A stretch of 64,000 nt of DNA, taken from positions 372,001 to 436,000 of the forward strand of contig NIVC01000106.1 in NCBI GenBank assembly GCA_002269645.1, given 5' to 3'. A program made the position numbers and the translations under genes. Numbering within the stretch: position 1 is the stretch's first letter; each line of letters begins with the position of its first letter. Of the stretch, positions 23,169-41,334 are shown in pieces. The notes under the pieces were generated by a model. It worked only from the letters and a program-made list of their open reading frames with translations. It was not told where the DNA came from and did not search any database. Source of the stretch: Macrostomum lignano. Its lineage: Eukaryota.

Positions 23169-25327
23169 GCTTCTACTTAATAATTAATAATTAATAATAA
23201 TTAATAATTAATAATATAACTACTTAATAATAATAAGTCAAAGACTTTCTGCCACCCAGCTCAGCCTCAGACACTTCGAGATGTTAAATCAGCAAGCAGT
23301 GCGACTTGATAAATATTGGCTTTCATGCTGACCTGACATCCTTGATGCTGGATGCCATCAGAGTCCCATAACCTTTTAAATATCTCGCTCGAGTGCAGGA
23401 AGGAAAGTCGCGTTGCAAGAACAGGACTTCAGGAAAGCTTGAATAAATAAGCAACGCAATAATTGTACTTAATATCGACAATCATTTATTTATTTTGGAT
23501 AAACGCAATAAAATATACTTATTACCAGTCAATGGGGTAGTGGGTGCATAATGTACAGAGAAACAGCTTAATGATAATACGAGCTAAGTCGTAACCAAGT
23601 TACCAAGAACACAGGTGAGTCAACAATGACTAAACGCATCCAGTCTTAGCGCGTTCATACGCTGGTGTGACATGCTGAACTTCTCAACACTTCTTGCAAG
23701 TCGCTCAGGCAACAGCCGAATGGTTGACATTTGATGTCATGTGATCGCCCTTGCGAATCATGCAGGTCTGAAATGCTGCGACTCCGAGACGTCTCAAAGC
23801 GCCACTGAAATTCTTGTCATTGTCAACTTCGCGGCAGCTGTTGAGTACATCGCGCATAACACAAAAAGCAGAAACTGCGGTGATTCTCAGCCAAAGATGC
23901 AAAAATTATATTTCGTAATATTGCAGATGGTGGACCCAAGTATAAGTACAAATCCTAAGAAAAAACTGCTTAGTTTTTTAATCTGAAAATGGATTCTGAT
24001 TACCTCATCACTATGAGAAACCGTGTATTTAATAATGGCAATTATGCCGAATTTACGTAAAAATCAAAATACAGAACTTTGATGCTTTTATTACTGTAGA
24101 GATGAGGTATTAAAAGAGCAAAGCGCACATTTTATGGATCAATTATGGAATAAGCTGAGCCGCTTCATCAAGCTCGCACTGGCGCAGTCACGGCTGTGAA
24201 TGTTTTGTCAAAGTCTGGCGCAATCATCGAGCGAGCAAACTTTAAGTGACGCAACAGCGCAGTGCAAACTGCGTCAGCGCTGGCAAAAGTGCGCAATAAA
24301 ATTCAGTAAATTTTGCACTGCGTTCAAAACGGAGCAGCGAATTAAAGGCGCCCGCCTTCGCCAGTGCGCGGTTGCGAGAGCGACTGCTGTTCTCAGGCTC
24401 TCAGGCTACAGCAGCCTGGCCAATTATCGTGGAGGAAGGGATGACGGCAGGCAGTAAGGGGAGCAAAACTGGATGATTGCGGTGATATTGAAGGTCAAAC
24501 CTGAGCAAGATCTAATGAGTTTTGATTGCTTTGTAGAGGTTCATTCATTGAATGTTACTGTAAGTAGAACAATGCACACATTCGCAGCAAAGTTAAACTT
24601 AAACGTTACGCTCCAAAGATCTTAAGCTTGCTGGAGCAGCTAAGCGAGGCTACATCTCTGAGGGAAATAAATAGCGTTTGGTAAGCCTTTGTTCGAGTCT
24701 TCGTTATTTGATTATTGAGAGCGATTTTATTGCCGGCTATTACTGATCAGTTGAATTACTGAATTAATTGAATTTGAGGCCTCCCTATTCCTAAGGGATT
24801 GAATAGGATCTGCGGACCCTTTAAGGATTATCGATTTAATTGATTTTGATACCCTAGAGTAACCGATAGGGGCACACGACTCCGATTCCGTTATTTCTAG
24901 AAGAAGACGCCCTTTCTGGAGGACGTCGTTATTGTTATGGAGTTGACTTTGTTATTAGGGCGCATCTCTGATAATTGACTTCTGCACTCGAGGAATTCTT
25001 CGACGTCGACGGATTAAATTGTAACGCTCTCACATTCGGCCGATTTTTAGAATTCAAGAAGACTACTCCGGAGGAAGACTCCATAGAAGACTACGAGCCC
25101 TACGAACCTGCTCGACAAAGAAGAGGAGCCCGCACCCGTGAGTGATCACTGAATTTTGTTCCCAGGCTTAAGGTCTGGAAGTGAGAGTTTTCGTGTGACT
25201 GATCACCACCCGATTAAACTCTTCAGCTTGATGGCTTGATAATTTTGATAGTTCTTGTAGATAAATGCAAATATTCAATTTCTACAGCACGGCATACACA
25301 ATAGACAGCCAGCTGCTTAGTACTCAC

Positions 25328-25430
25328 CTCAGCCATGGAGCTGCACGAGTGCCTTCGGCTGCTCAAGGGCGGCTGAGTCGCTGCGGAGGTGCTGACAGAG
25401 CTGATGTGCTGCGCTGAGTTTGAGATGCGT
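25328..25430 (-). CDS. Candidate upstream exon of ankyrin paralog A, ending ATG-GCT-GAG (M-A-E)
   Basis: Acceptor CCATTCTCAG at 25431, 103-nt exon, donor GAG|GTGAGT. It ends in phase 0, matching the phase-0 acceptor at 20439; the other two frames contain stops. The ATG (25336) is in a TCCATGG context. Confidence 0.5.
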
Positions 25431-25469
25431 CTGAGAATGGAGGAGGGACTTAAAATGACGGTGGTGTAC

Positions 25470-27140
<1,671 letters not shown>

Positions 27141-27930
27141 GCACTCACCGGTTACTCTTTGTGAACTGTGCTGTGAGGATTCAGAAGCAAAACAGTAAAG
27201 TTATGCCTGTAGCTTCTGTAGCTTCTCTGCTCCAAAAAGCCAATGCAGTCGAAGAAAATTCTCGAGTCTGCCTGAGGCCGATGTGAGCTGAGGCGCTCCA
27301 AGAGGCCCCTTCTGCATCTCTTAAAGAGAAGCTCGAAACGAAGAAAGGCAGAAAAGAAGGCAGACAGAGAGGGCTGCAAGCAGATGGAGAACAATAGCGA
27401 GCTCAGCATCCATGCCCGCCTCTGTGCACCCAGCCTGATGAAGCTACTGTATTGAATTGAGCCGAACTGTTTTCAGATGCTGGGACAGGTAAAGGGCTGC
27501 CACTGCACTCATACGGTCTTGAGCATAGAGACAGCTCTGGCCCCCTATGCTGTTGCTAGGCAGCTCAGACCCCAACCTCACAGCGGTGGAATCGAGCTCG
27601 GACACGGAATGCTATGGGGGACCCCAAAGGCATCGCTTGAATGTTCAGTTAAAATGACAGCAGTGCATAGTTTTAAAGCACTGTTGCACAGTTTTAAAGC
27701 GCAAATTTGAAAATAATAATGCTGCACATACTGCTTGCCATTCTTGCTCCTGAGAGCTGTCTTGGTGGGTGCATTCGATAAAGGGCTGCAGGTCGGGAAT
27801 GCGGGTGTCTGTTACGTGTAGATACGATATCAGTCAAGGTTCCCCACATGTATTTCATGTACTTGACTCGCTAAAGCAAAAATTTCATGAATATTCCCTG
27901 CGCTCAGAATCGGGAATTAGAATTTTTAGG

Positions 27931-28980
27931 GTTCAGGATTGCTGATCAAGATTGGGGATGAGCACTGCGGATCAGGATTGGGGATCAGGATTGGGGATCA
28001 GGATTGGGGATCAGGATTGGGGATCAGGATTGGGGATCAGATGGGGATGAGCACTGAGGATCAGGATAGGGGATCAGGATTGGGGATCAGATGGGGATGA
28101 GCACTGAGGATCAGGATTGGGGATCAGGTGGAGATGAGCACTGAGGATCAGAATTGGGGATCAGGATTGGGGATCAGGATTGGAGATCAGGATTGGGGAT
28201 CAGGTGGAGATGAGCACTGAGGATCAGGATTGGGGATCAGGATTAGGGATCAGGATTGGGGATCAGGCTTGCGGATCAGGATTAAGGATTAGGATCGGGG
28301 ATCAGGATTGGGGATCAGGATTGGGGATCAGGATTGGCGATCAGGATTGGGGATGAGCACGGAGGATCAGGATTGGGGATCAGGATTGGGATCAGGATTG
28401 GGGATCAGGATTGGGGATGAGCACGGAGGATCAGGATTGGGAATCAGGATTGGGGATCAGGACTGGGGATCAGGATCGGGGATCAGGATCGGGGATCAGG
28501 ATCGGGGATCAGGATTGGGGATCAGGATTGGGGATCAGGATTGGGGATCAGGATTGGGGATCAGGATTGGCGATCAGGATTGGGGATGAGCACGGAGGAT
28601 CAGGATTGGGGATCAGGATTGGGGATCAGGATTGGGGATCAGGATTGGGGATCAGGATTGGGGATCAGGATTGGGTATCAGGATTGGGGATCAGGATTGG
28701 GGATCAGGATTGGGGATCAGGATCGGGGATCAGGTTTGCGGATCAGGATTGAGGATCAGGATCGGGGATCAGGATTGGGGATCAGGATTGGGGATCAGGA
28801 TTGGCGATCAGGATTGGCAATCACTTAATGGGGATCAGGATCGGGGATCAGGATTGGGGATCAGGATTTGGAATCAGGATTGGGGATCAGGATTGGGGAT
28901 CAGGATTGGGTATCAGGATAGGAAATCATGGCTGATGATTAGGATCGAGAATCAAGAATGGAAATCATGATTGGGAAAAA
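27931..28980. repeat. 12-bp satellite (GGGATCAGGATT)n, second array
   Basis: Same family as 3023-3640, plus an ATGAGCACTGAG variant; decays at its right end. Confidence 0.97.
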
Positions 28981-29627
28981 TGATTGGGGATCATGAATGG
29001 GAATCATATGATTGAGATCAAGATTATTAGTTGTTTCCCAGGGGTTCACGCCCCGCATGTGTTCAAGGCAGCTCTAGGGCTGCTGGACTGACTGGGCTCC
29101 GGCGGCGGCAACCCATCTGTGGCCTGCTGGCCAATTTGGGTACGGGCCCCGCCCGGAAGTGAACCTGTGCGTATCAGGTACCTCTGGCCACGGCTCTGAG
29201 GAACAGGTATCACCCTCTGACCTTAACAGGGTATGCGGCCAGTCCGCAAGTTCCGGGGACGGTCTCTTGTCCCCCTAAAGGGCCCAGTGTAGTACCGCGC
29301 TGATGGACCTTTGGTTCGGCCTCTGGTTTTTCCAAGCCGGGCCCTTAGCCGGGGAGTTTCTCGGTTGCCAGCGGTCGGGCCGGTAAGGGCTTAAGCCACC
29401 CCCGGTCGCTACCTCTTGGCCTGGCTGGTGGGTTTGGGGCTACGGCCCAGCGGCTTTTCACCTTTAGTCCCCATTCGCCTTTCAGCGACTCATTCATTTA
29501 CATCCACACGTCCGAGGCTGCTGGAGCACCAACCGAGGTTGGTACCGCGGTCCAGCCGGACATTCGCAACACCGGAACCCCCGGTGCCTCCCAGTCAGCC
29601 CCTGCCGCCGCTCAGGACAATACCGGA

Positions 29628-30959
29628 GTGGCTGGACAACAGGACAGCGGACCTCAGCCCTCTAAGAAGAAGGCCCGTAGCATTGCTCGCTACAAAGCTT
29701 TTCTCCAGCGCAAAGCGGAGGAACGGAGGAGTGCGAAAGCCGCCCCTCCGGCCGCCTCCGAGGAGGGTGCCGGTAACTCTGCAAATCCCGCGGAGGAGCC
29801 GACATCCGACAAGGGGGTGGACCCCGCGCGCCGGTCAGATGCGTCAGGTGTCGCCGAAGCTCCTGGTGCGGCTGGCCCCTCCCGTGACGGTCCCTCTGCC
29901 CGTGTGGAAGCTCCCACGGCCGTGGAGGGATCCAAAGCGGTGGGTGCTGGCCAAACCACAAGCCGAAGCGCACCTATGCGGCTATGGCCAAGAGGCAGCC
30001 GGCCCTGATCATTCAAGGCCAGGAGATGCCTCTTACGGCTGAACAGCTCGACCAAATCTGGCGCAGGTTGGACTCCCACCTGGTCAAGATGGCCTTGAGC
30101 GGCACTACTATTCGAGTCCAAAAGACGAAAGTCGAGGACCAAGCCCTCCATATCCAGCCCGCCGACAGCCAGTCTGGGCAGCAGCTCCTCGAGATGCTGA
30201 AAGCCTTCGACTGGGGTACGGAGCTGCAAAACCTGTTTATCTACAGGGAGGACGAGCGACCCCGGACACACCGGCACCGTGCCTGGATTCCGGCTCGCAG
30301 CTGCATCACCAAGGCCGACGAGCTGCGTCGCCTGCTAGTGGCTACCAACCCGGAGCTACCGGCCAATGGCGTCGTAGTTCACGAGACCATCTCCAAGCCG
30401 GGTGGAGACGGTTTCATGGCTATTTTTGGACTGTCGGATAGCTGGATGCTCCACTATCCGGACTTGTCCATCATCTCTGTCGAGCTGATGCAGATTCAGC
30501 TCTTTAGCTTTGAGTCTGACGCCACTCGCCCACCGCCCCCAGAGAAGCGAAAGCGGGCGAGCGGGGGCTCTGCCGGGCGGAAACGCTCAGGAAAAGAAGC
30601 TTCCGTTCGTCACAACCCTTCCGAGGACGTGGACCCTGTCAGAGGGAAAGCCGCGAAAGCTGCAGCAACAGACGGACGTGGAAAGGGCCGGAAACCCGCC
30701 CGGAATACTATCCGCTCTGGTCTGACTCAGCGCGCGAAGCAGCTGCTGGACACCGCCAAGGCCAACAACCGCAGCAACCCCCAGCCCAGTGTCACCACTG
30801 CTGCCCCCCCCCCCGGAAAACCGGATCGAGAGACAGAATGCCGCCCAGGTGGCGGCCCCGGCCTCGACCATGGAGACCATGCGGGAGGAGCCCATGGAAC
30901 TGGAGTCTGGAGCTATCGGCGGGGCAGAAGAGGCGGCTCTCCTGCACAACTCGCCTTGA
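29628..30959 (+). pseudogene. LINE ORF1 (DUF4780-like by recalled pattern), frameshifted
   Basis: TYAAMAKRQPALII...QIWRRL..HL core. The likely native C-terminus (MREEPMELES...HNSP*, stop 30957-30959) is reached only after an indel at the C11 run 30804-30814. A second shift lies near 29970. Confidence 0.65.
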
Positions 30960-34515
<3,556 letters not shown>

Positions 34516-37024
34516 CTGCCCGTGGTCGCCAGGGGTTAGAGAAATGGGCGGCAATGCCTCCTTGCTGTTTCCGGACGCACGGAACCCCCTGCAGCTAAGT
34601 CAAGTAAGTCAAGGGCAGCAATGCCGCAGTGCACCGGCCGAGTCCGAGTCCTGTGGATGTAGACCGACCACTTTCCAATGATAAATTCGCTTAGCTGCTC
34701 AGAAAAATGTGATTAAATCGTGCTCAAAGCAACCAATTACATTTTAGCAGTTTAGTGTTTTAACATTCTTTTACATGTTGTAGCCTATACTATACAGTAC
34801 AGTGTGATTATGTAGTAGCTAACGGAAGTGGGGCTTACTGGCCTGGCCAGAGGGCTACCAGCTGGCTGGATTGGAGTGGTTGACAGTTAGAGGCCTATAA
34901 AAGCCCACTATGCCCTATGGCATTATAGTTTTTTGAAAATGAAAGCCCAGTGGAGGCTGGAATAGTTAATATATAAATTGAAACTACTATATTGACAATA
35001 TTGTAAGCCCTATTGGCCATAAATTAAACCTAGTAGTATGGTATTAGGGCCTATTGTTAATATTGAAAATGAAATTGAAAATGCATTCACTATGTTCATT
35101 ATAGGCCCTTGCTTGGCCTTAGGCCTAGGCATTTATAGCATACTACTGAAGTACATAAGTTGAAGCCTTGAGGCCTAACATTTCAATCTCAAAAAACATT
35201 TTTACAGACAACCATATTGACCTTGTGGTAGCTAAGACCTAAAACTGATAGCTTTAGGCCTACTGTTTTGAGTATTCTTTAAGAACCATTATTAGTCAAT
35301 TTTAGGCTTAAATTTGCGGTCCGTGTAAACACGAAATAATTTTTCCCCAAAACTACTTTAACACCGGAAACATTGTAAATAAATTCATTTGCTCGTGATT
35401 AAGCATGCTGAATTCGGTCCAATTTAAAGTTTATTCACCAAAAATTAATTTGCTATTCTCCTATTGTATTCTTTTTGCGAGCCTCGAGCAAAATGTTCCG
35501 CTGAGGAAAGTAAAAGGGCAGTGGAATTGTCCTAAAAGCAAACAAGCTGCACCCAATTTACTAACAGTTAACAATGTGATGTGAAGCAGGCCGTGCCCGT
35601 CAGGCCCTATTTATGGCTACATGCACAGCCATTGAATGGGAAGGACTTTGACCGACTTCCCACGGGCACAAAAGCGGGCACTGCCGATGTGATACGCAGC
35701 CATGCAGGTCGCGAAACACTTGCGCTCTGTTCTGATGAGGAGCGCAGTGACTCAGAAGAGGGTGGCTGTTTTAAACTTTGACTAATTATGCACTAATACT
35801 CGTACTTACATTTGCGCGTACATACTGTACATCTACATGTACTTGTAGTACACGCGCTCTCGTATAAATATAAATATACAGCTACTTGAACATCATGTAT
35901 TCGATGAAACCCTGAAACCCGCCGAGCGGCTGTACAGCTCCAACCAAGGGCTCTAGGCCTAGTACGCACACTAGGGCCTCGGTTAATCCGCTGGCCACCA
36001 GCACCAAGACCAAGCTAGGGGATCTACGCCTCCAAGTTCCAACGGCCAAAATTCCAGCCATCATCTACAGCGAGGATTGCAAACTCAACGACGCTAGGCG
36101 TATCGTTGATGCTGAGCTGATCGAGCTGTCCATGGAGGAACACTTCGTTGACGTCGTCAACTCAGCAAAGGCAGATGGCTGTATCTTCGTTTGGGGCAAA
36201 AACCAATTAAGAAAGCAGCCGCGTGTGCTTCGCGATCGCTTGCCCTGTTTCAAATGTTTTAAATCTCGGCAAAATCGCATTTACTACTGAAGACCAGCGC
36301 CCGCGATCTCAGCACTATACCGCTTCTGAGTTCCCTCTGCTAGCGCTATCAGATCTGGCGACCAGCTTCAGTGCATCGTGCCAATTAAGCAGTTCCCGGA
36401 GGAGAAGAGTGGCAGCTGGTTCACCATGGCACTATCCGCAAAGGAGTGGAAGGTTCCACACACAGTGCTCCTGGGCGACGCGTGTTCCAAACGGCTCCCG
36501 CACAAATCGCTAACTAGCTAATCAGATACGCTCGTAAATATCCTGAAATGCCAAGAACGGGATGACAACAGAGGCAAGACCGGCAGGCGCACTGCGTCCG
36601 GTTTTGGAGCCAAGGCACCATCGGCAAAGCGGCAGACGCAGTCGGTCGACCCAAATCCCGGCAAAGCCGTCCGCGCTGCGGAATCGGCTCCGGGAAAACG
36701 CCGGTCCACTCGCGGCACCCGTAAATCGGGTCTGATCAGGCGAGCTCTAGAATCCAAAAATTCTCTGAGGGCACACCTCGAGAGAACACGCGCAGCGAGA
36801 GCGACACGCAAACAACTCGCAACCCCTCCGGCTCACTGCAGAATGAGACTGCCGCGCTTGCAACCCGGAACCTTCCGGTGAGGTTTTGGCTGTCGACAGC
36901 GACCAAAACTAAAACTAGAAACCTAGAGTCTATAATCCAAAACTAGAAAAGCCTCCGCGATGCTAGCGAAGTTGCGTCGGGTTGTTGGCACCAGTTGAGG
37001 CCCCAAACTTTGACCCCAAAATGT

Positions 37025-37313
37025 CTCTGGTGGGTCTACCACCGCTATAGTCAGACCGCTATTACATGTTGTAAGACCGGCCATCCCTTTCGCCGGCTTT
37101 ATCTGGAATAGTGACCTGCAAGTCAAGGGAGTTCTTGCAGCCTTAAACAGAGTGCAGCCCTTGTCGAGCCATCATAAGTGCTGCGCCCTCCACCTCTTTC
37201 GCCGGCATGAACTCGATCCTTTCCGGACCGGAGGGCGGCGACGCCTCTCTGCTGCATCCGGATGGAGCCCCCTGCAACTACAAGTAATTAAGTTTAAGTA
37301 CACGTAAGTCAAG
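37025..37313 (+). mobile_element. Short, internally deleted relative of the 29-34.6 kb LINE
   Basis: 37025-37220 aligns by eye to 33117-33300 (LWW.YTAIVRP...FAGFIWNS...FAGMNS), then joins a 3'-UTR-like segment ending CCCCCTGCA..TAAGTCAAG. Confidence 0.8.
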
Positions 37314-38294
37314 GCTACGAGTCATACATTGTACATGTACCTCCAAGACTGGCACACACGCTTACAAGAAAATGACTATAATTTTCACGTTAAAATAATA
37401 ATGCGGTTTCATGGAAATGATGGGTTTCGGCCTTTTCAGCATAAAAGCAATTCAGGGCCTCAGGCCTCAGAAAAGAATCAATCAGAGTTCTGGCCTCCCA
37501 CTCCTGTCAGATGGTCTGCCCATAGCTAGGTAGCTTGATCAGTGGGCGAGCAGTCTAGGTCCCATATCTATAAAAAGGGACAGCGAGAGACAAGCAGGGA
37601 AACTTTAAAAGGACAGAGATTAGCTAATCCGAGGATTAACTACATGTATAACCTGCAATCGCCAACCCGTCCGAACTGGTTCATCAAACCAGATCTCTCA
37701 AATCGGGCTTCCGACTAAATAATATGGTAGGTCGAAGAGCCGGGTGGAAGCTCCTGCACAGAGGCTGGGGACGTTAGGCTAGCAACAGCGGTGCTAACCT
37801 AGAATGAGTTGCAGCGTGTGGCGGAGGTTGGTCCAATGCTGGGGCCGAAAGGCGAGACCCCTGTAATTGCAAGTTTAATACATACTGCATTTGGAGTGCA
37901 GTTAAGGTATGTAATTGAACGCGCAAAAACCGGTGCACTCATCAGCAAGCAATAGCTGCAATCTGCCTGGCAATGTCTCCATAGGCTGGACTTGTGCACT
38001 ACCAGAGCTACGTGAGGGGAATTACCAAGGAGTTGTTTGCGCGTTCAATTACACCTTAACTGCACTCCAGATGCAGTACTTGTGCAGACTCTAAGAAATC
38101 CCACTCTTCTGTCTTCAAATTGAGTGCAGTTTGCCGAAATTGAATATACGATGTCGAAATTGAATGCGGTTTGTCGAATTTTAATATCAGTTTGTCTAAA
38201 TAGAAACTCGAGTTGTCGAAATTGAGTGCAATTTGCCGAATAGTTTCTCGGTTTTTCGAATTCGAATGCAGTTTGGATGTGCGGCCATAGCTGA

Positions 38295-38385
38295 TGCCGA
38301 AGATGAAAGCCAGTTTGCCGAAGATGAAAGCCAGTTTGCCGAAGATGAAAGCCAGTTTGCAGAAGATGAAAGCCAGTTTGCCGAA
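38295..38385. repeat. 21-bp tandem repeat TGCCGAAGATGAAAGCCAGTT, ~4.3 copies
   Basis: Directly visible; lies at the right edge of the B-specific segment. Confidence 0.9.
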
Positions 38386-39320
38386 ATAGAACGCAGAAAG
38401 GTGTAGCAGCAAGCTGTGAAACAACACTGATAGCTGCATTTTCGGAAGTTTCGAATGCGATTTTAAAAAGTTGGTTGACTTTGTTACAACCTGAGTTTGC
38501 CGGAACTGTAAATGCCATGCAGGGTCGAACAGTAATGTGTCCGAATGCCGATCCAACGATTTGGATGATACGGGTGAGTCGTGCAGTCACACCGTTGGTA
38601 TTTCGTGTACATGCGAATGTACGCATAAAGTATGAATTGTTGCTCACTGGGTTGCACGATGGAGCCGATTTTAGTGCAGAAACTTTCATGCTCACTTCGA
38701 ATATCAAAACTGTGAGTATCTACCGGCGCTCGGATGTTGGAGGCGGCGGTCACATTTGGCTGTGACTTCACGCGTCATCACGAACCCAAGCACAATGTAG
38801 CAATCATCTATGCTAAAACTTACAATATCCGCACGCGCTGCTGTGCATTGAAACTGCTGCGTGGCTTGCAGAAAAAACTGTTTAAACGACACACAGAAAA
38901 TAGCCTGCACAAAACCTTTGAGTTCAACTAAAGTGCCATCCTTTTTGCGATCTCTCTCTACATCTGTCTACCTATCTACTTCTCTCTCCTCCTCTCTACC
39001 TCTCTCTCTCCCTCTCTCTATCACTCTCCCCCTCTCTCTACCTGTCTCTCGAGCGTTCTCGGAGAAACTGACGGCCCGCAGCCAAAGAATCCTTTGCGCA
39101 TCTTTCGTACGAGCGGATACAGGCTGCAGTTGACAACGCCGTCCGGTCAATCACAGCAGCCGTTCGGACACTGGCGGGGCGCAAGAGGCGCCTGGCGCTG
39201 AACCTGGCCGGCAGAGAAGCGCAGGAAAAACTGCGTCACAATTCTTCACCGGTATTGAGAACGCCGCCGCTGCCCGCCAACTTTGCTCTACTGACACACA
39301 TTCTGAGGAGAAGTTCTGCA

Positions 39321-39610
39321 TAAGGGGTGGGTGTTCGGGGTTCGGGGTCGGCTTTTGGTTCCTGGGTTCGGGGTTCGGGATTTGGGATAGGGGTACCGGG
39401 TTGGGGTTCGGGATTTGGGATAGGGGTAGCGGGTTCGGGGTTCGGGATTTGGGATAGGGGTAGCGGGTTCGGGGTTCGGGATTTCGGATAGGGGTACCGG
39501 GTTCGGGATTTGGGATAAGGGTACCGGGTTGGGGTTCGGGATTTGGGATAGGGGTACCGGGTTGGGGTTCGGGATTTGGGATAGGGGTACCGGGTTGGGG
39601 TTCGGGTCGG
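39321..39610 (+). repeat. G-rich minisatellite, copy B (longer than A)
   Basis: Tandem GGGGTTCGGGATTTGGGATAGGGGTACC-type units. Confidence 0.9.
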
Positions 39611-40457
39611 AATTGGCCACCGGGTTTTTTGGGGGTTTTCGGGTTTCGCGCAATTATCACTTTTAAGTTAATTTCTCGCAATGTGTATTCTTTAAAAAGA
39701 GTCAAAACTGGCTGACAACTGACCTCCAGACCTTCAGATATATTTAAGTTGCATATGGCATCGGGAAAGAAGTAAAAATAGCAAGCTGTACTACAAATTG
39801 TTTTGGAAACAACGAAATTTCTTGATGTTGATGCCTAAAAAGTCATGTGGAATTATTTTAACACGGGTTTTTATCAGTCGTTATGCACCAGCCATCAGTA
39901 TTTATTTGCAAATAATTAATTGCTCCTATCAGCATACAGCTGTATGTAATTACGAGCTTTGTACATAGCAGTTGTTTCATAGTAAGCCTTCCACTGACTG
40001 TCTTACTGCTGACTACATGGAATTTCCATACAATGATCGAATCTTCATTTTTTCCAAAGAACATTTCTGTAAAATTGTAAAGACCAGCTGTTAGAAATCC
40101 ATTACGTATAAAAAACTTGGGGCTGTATTATTTTCAAGCCTTTTGGCTTTGGACACAAGTTTTTGGAGGCAAGGAATTACCCAACACATTATTATCCGTC
40201 ATTATTAGCTGTGTACTAGCAATCTAGTGCGGCCCCCCTTCGGTCGTGAAAAATAGTTCATGGAAAACAATTAAAAAAGCACATTTCCTTAAGAACCAAT
40301 TCCTTATTTAGTTTTATAAATCACCTTATTCATGTAAATTGTCACGGACAAAGATGTTTGCTATGAATATCTTTTTTCTAAAATTAACAAACAGACATCA
40401 AAATATAGCTTGCACAAAGATAACAGACATTCCCCCTAAATAGAAAATATTCCCAAG

Positions 40458-41030
40458 ACAGCAAGCATCCACCCAGATAGCAAGCATCCACCCAGATAGC
40501 AAGCTTCGCCCAGATATTGTTAAAGCATCCACCCAAACAGCAAGCATTCTGCAGATAGCAAGCATTCCCCAGATATTGTTGAAGCATCCACCCAAACAGC
40601 AAGCATTCTGCAGATAGCAAGCATTCCCCAGATATTGTTAAAGCATCCACCCAGATAGCAAGCATTCTGCAGATAGCAAGCATCCCCCAGATATTGTTGA
40701 AGCATCCACCCAGATAGCAAGCATTCTGCAGATAGCAAGCATCCCCCAGATATTGTTGAAGCATCCACCCAGATAGCAAGCATTCTGCAGATAGCAAGCA
40801 TCCCCCAGATATTGTTGAAGCATCCACCCAGATAGCAAGCATTCTGCAGATAGCAAGCATCCCCCAGATATTGTTAAAGCATCCACCCAGATAGCAAGCA
40901 TTCTGCAGATAGCAAGCATCCCCCAGATATTTTTGAAGCATCCACCAAGATAGCAAGCATTCTGCAGATAGCAAGCATCCCCCAGATATTGTTGAAGCAT
41001 CCACCAAGATAGCAAGCATCCTGCAGATAG
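40458..41030. repeat. 59-bp satellite, copy B (~9-10 units)
   Basis: Same unit as 7010-8490. Confidence 0.95.
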
Positions 41031-41334
41031 CAAGAATTCCTAAATAGCAAGCATCCCTGGATAGAAAGAATCCAATACATGTAGCCAGTACCCCCCTCTC
41101 CCAAATAGCAAGTACCCCCTCGAGAGCAAGCATCCACCAGACAGCAAGTAGCTAGTGCAAATGTTACCTCCGCTAATGCAATAATCGCTTTCTCAGGTTG
41201 TGCAACAATCCACGTCTCAGCGAGCGCAATAATCTCTTTTTTAGACAGCGCAATAATCAGCTTCTCAGCTAGTGCAATAATCCTTTACTCATCAAGTCCA
41301 AAAATTAATGTCTCAGCTAGTGCAATAGCCCTTT

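Noticed and set aside
23605-25145. Strong plus-strand donors (CAG|GTGAGT ~23614, CCC|GTGAGT ~25138) suggesting an antisense gene
   Set aside because: I could not assemble a consistent exon chain; isolated donors are common by chance and RNA data would be needed.
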